The position numbers were made by a program, and so were the translations under genes. From a phage, in the sequence record PZ452602.1: a stretch of 64,000 bases of DNA. One strand, given 5' to 3'. Positions within the stretch are counted from its first letter, which is position 1; the number at the start of each line of letters is the position of its first letter. The notes beneath the pieces are model-generated. The model ran no database searches, was not told the origin of the DNA, and saw nothing but the letters and a program-made list of their open reading frames with translations. Below, piece after piece: positions 63,191-64,000 of the stretch.

Positions 63191-64000
63191 TAAATTCTTC
63201 CATATCACTTAACTGCTCGAGGTCAGTTTCTAAATCAGCAGCTGATTTACTTTTACTTTCTGGAGATTTAAATTTTTCAACCTTTGAGTTAATCAATTCA
63301 TCAACTTCAGCTTCAACAATTTCATTACTATCAATAGCACCTAACTGATAAGCACGTTTAATAGCATCTCGGAATGGTTGATGCTTAAATAAAGGACCCC
63401 AGAATGTGACGCAGTTGGTATCTTTTGCACGCCAAGATTTTTCTTCGCGAATCATCTCACCGGTTTCTTCATCAAGAAATTCACGAGCATACCAACCATT
63501 TTTAGGTTTTACCACGAATCCTAATTCTAGAGCCATATCTAACAATCCAGAATAAGGATCGATACCGCCGTCAAATTTAACATCAATAAAGAATTTACTT
63601 TTTTCTTTAACGGTACGAGATTTTTCTACATTTAGAACAAATTGATACCCTTGAAGATCAGAACCATCTTTAATCTGACGTTTACCGATAATGAATACGG
63701 TATCAGCCGAATACATTACGCCTGTACCACCTGTCATCACGGTTTTACTAAACATTTCAATTGTTTCAATTGTATGGTTAACCGCAACGCATGGAATATT
63801 TTTAATGCTAAAGTAAGGAGTAACAATACGGAATAATGACTTCAGTGATTTAGCACGAGTCATATCTGCCACAGATTTTTCATTCAAGGCATCTTCCGTT
63901 TCTTTCTTAGAAGCCATATTACCGATTGAGTCGATGAATACAATGACTTTTTCACCGCGCTCAATAGCTTCAAGCTGGTTCACCATATCAATTTTCAGCT
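63183..64000 (-). CDS. uvsX: UvsX recombinase (RecA-like), C-terminal about 272 codons; 5' end beyond window
   Basis: RecA-fold core and acidic C-terminus ...DLEQLSDMEEFNE; reading frame is open to the window edge. Confidence 0.85.
   Translation of the reverse strand, partial: LKIDMVNQLEAIERGEKVIVFIDSIGNMASKKETEDALNEKSVADMTRAKSLKSLFRIVTPYFSIKNIPCVAVNHTIETIEMFSKTVMTGGTGVMYSADTVFIIGKRQIKDGSDLQGYQFVLNVEKSRTVKEKSKFFIDVKFDGGIDPYSGLLDMALELGFVVKPKNGWYAREFLDEETGEMIREEKSWRAKDTNCVTFWGPLFKHQPFRDAIKRAYQLGAIDSNEIVEAEVDELINSKVEKFKSPESKSKSAADLETDLEQLSDMEEFNE

Overview
This window reads as a contiguous 64-kb segment of a T4-like (T-even, Tequatrovirus-type) coliphage genome, AT-rich and densely packed with very short intergenic gaps. 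Identifications rest on reading the supplied translations for family motifs and on recalled T4 protein sequences; no database search was run. Gene order is collinear with the T4 early region: 30.x-like small genes, rIII, 31, cd, pseT, alc, rnlA, denA, nrdB, mobE, nrdA, td, frd, 32, 59, 33, dsbA, rnh on the minus strand; then the plus-strand late tail-fibre block 34-35-36-37-38 and holin t; then minus-strand asiA, arn-like, motA, 52, ac, stp, ndd, denB-like, rIIB, rIIA, 39, dexA, dda, modA, modB, soc, 56, dam, 61, sp, dmd, 41, 40 and the 3' part of uvsX. The phage looks T2/T6-type rather than T4 itself: gene 39 is one uninterrupted ORF (no gene 60 split), td and nrdB are uninterrupted (no group I introns), soc and 56 are adjacent (no segF-sized insert), gp38 is a glycine-rich adhesin and gp37 ends in an intramolecular-chaperone-like domain; yet a free-standing HNH endonuclease (mobE-like) sits between nrdA and nrdB. 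Regulatory architecture is readable: about 18 near-identical T4-type early promoters (GTTTAC, 17-18 bp, TATAAT-like) on the minus strand, several fused to GC-rich UUCG/GNRA hairpins (PeSL-like cassettes), and exact TATAAATA late promoters before genes 34, 36 and soc. I found no CRISPR array, tRNA, rRNA or integrase. I did not find a clearly undescribed multi-gene system. The most check-worthy items are a PD-(D/E)xK-like ORF beside dam with an antisense membrane micro-ORF, a HAD plus NADAR-like pair at the window start, an extra ORF at the frd/td junction, and the repeated promoter cassettes.
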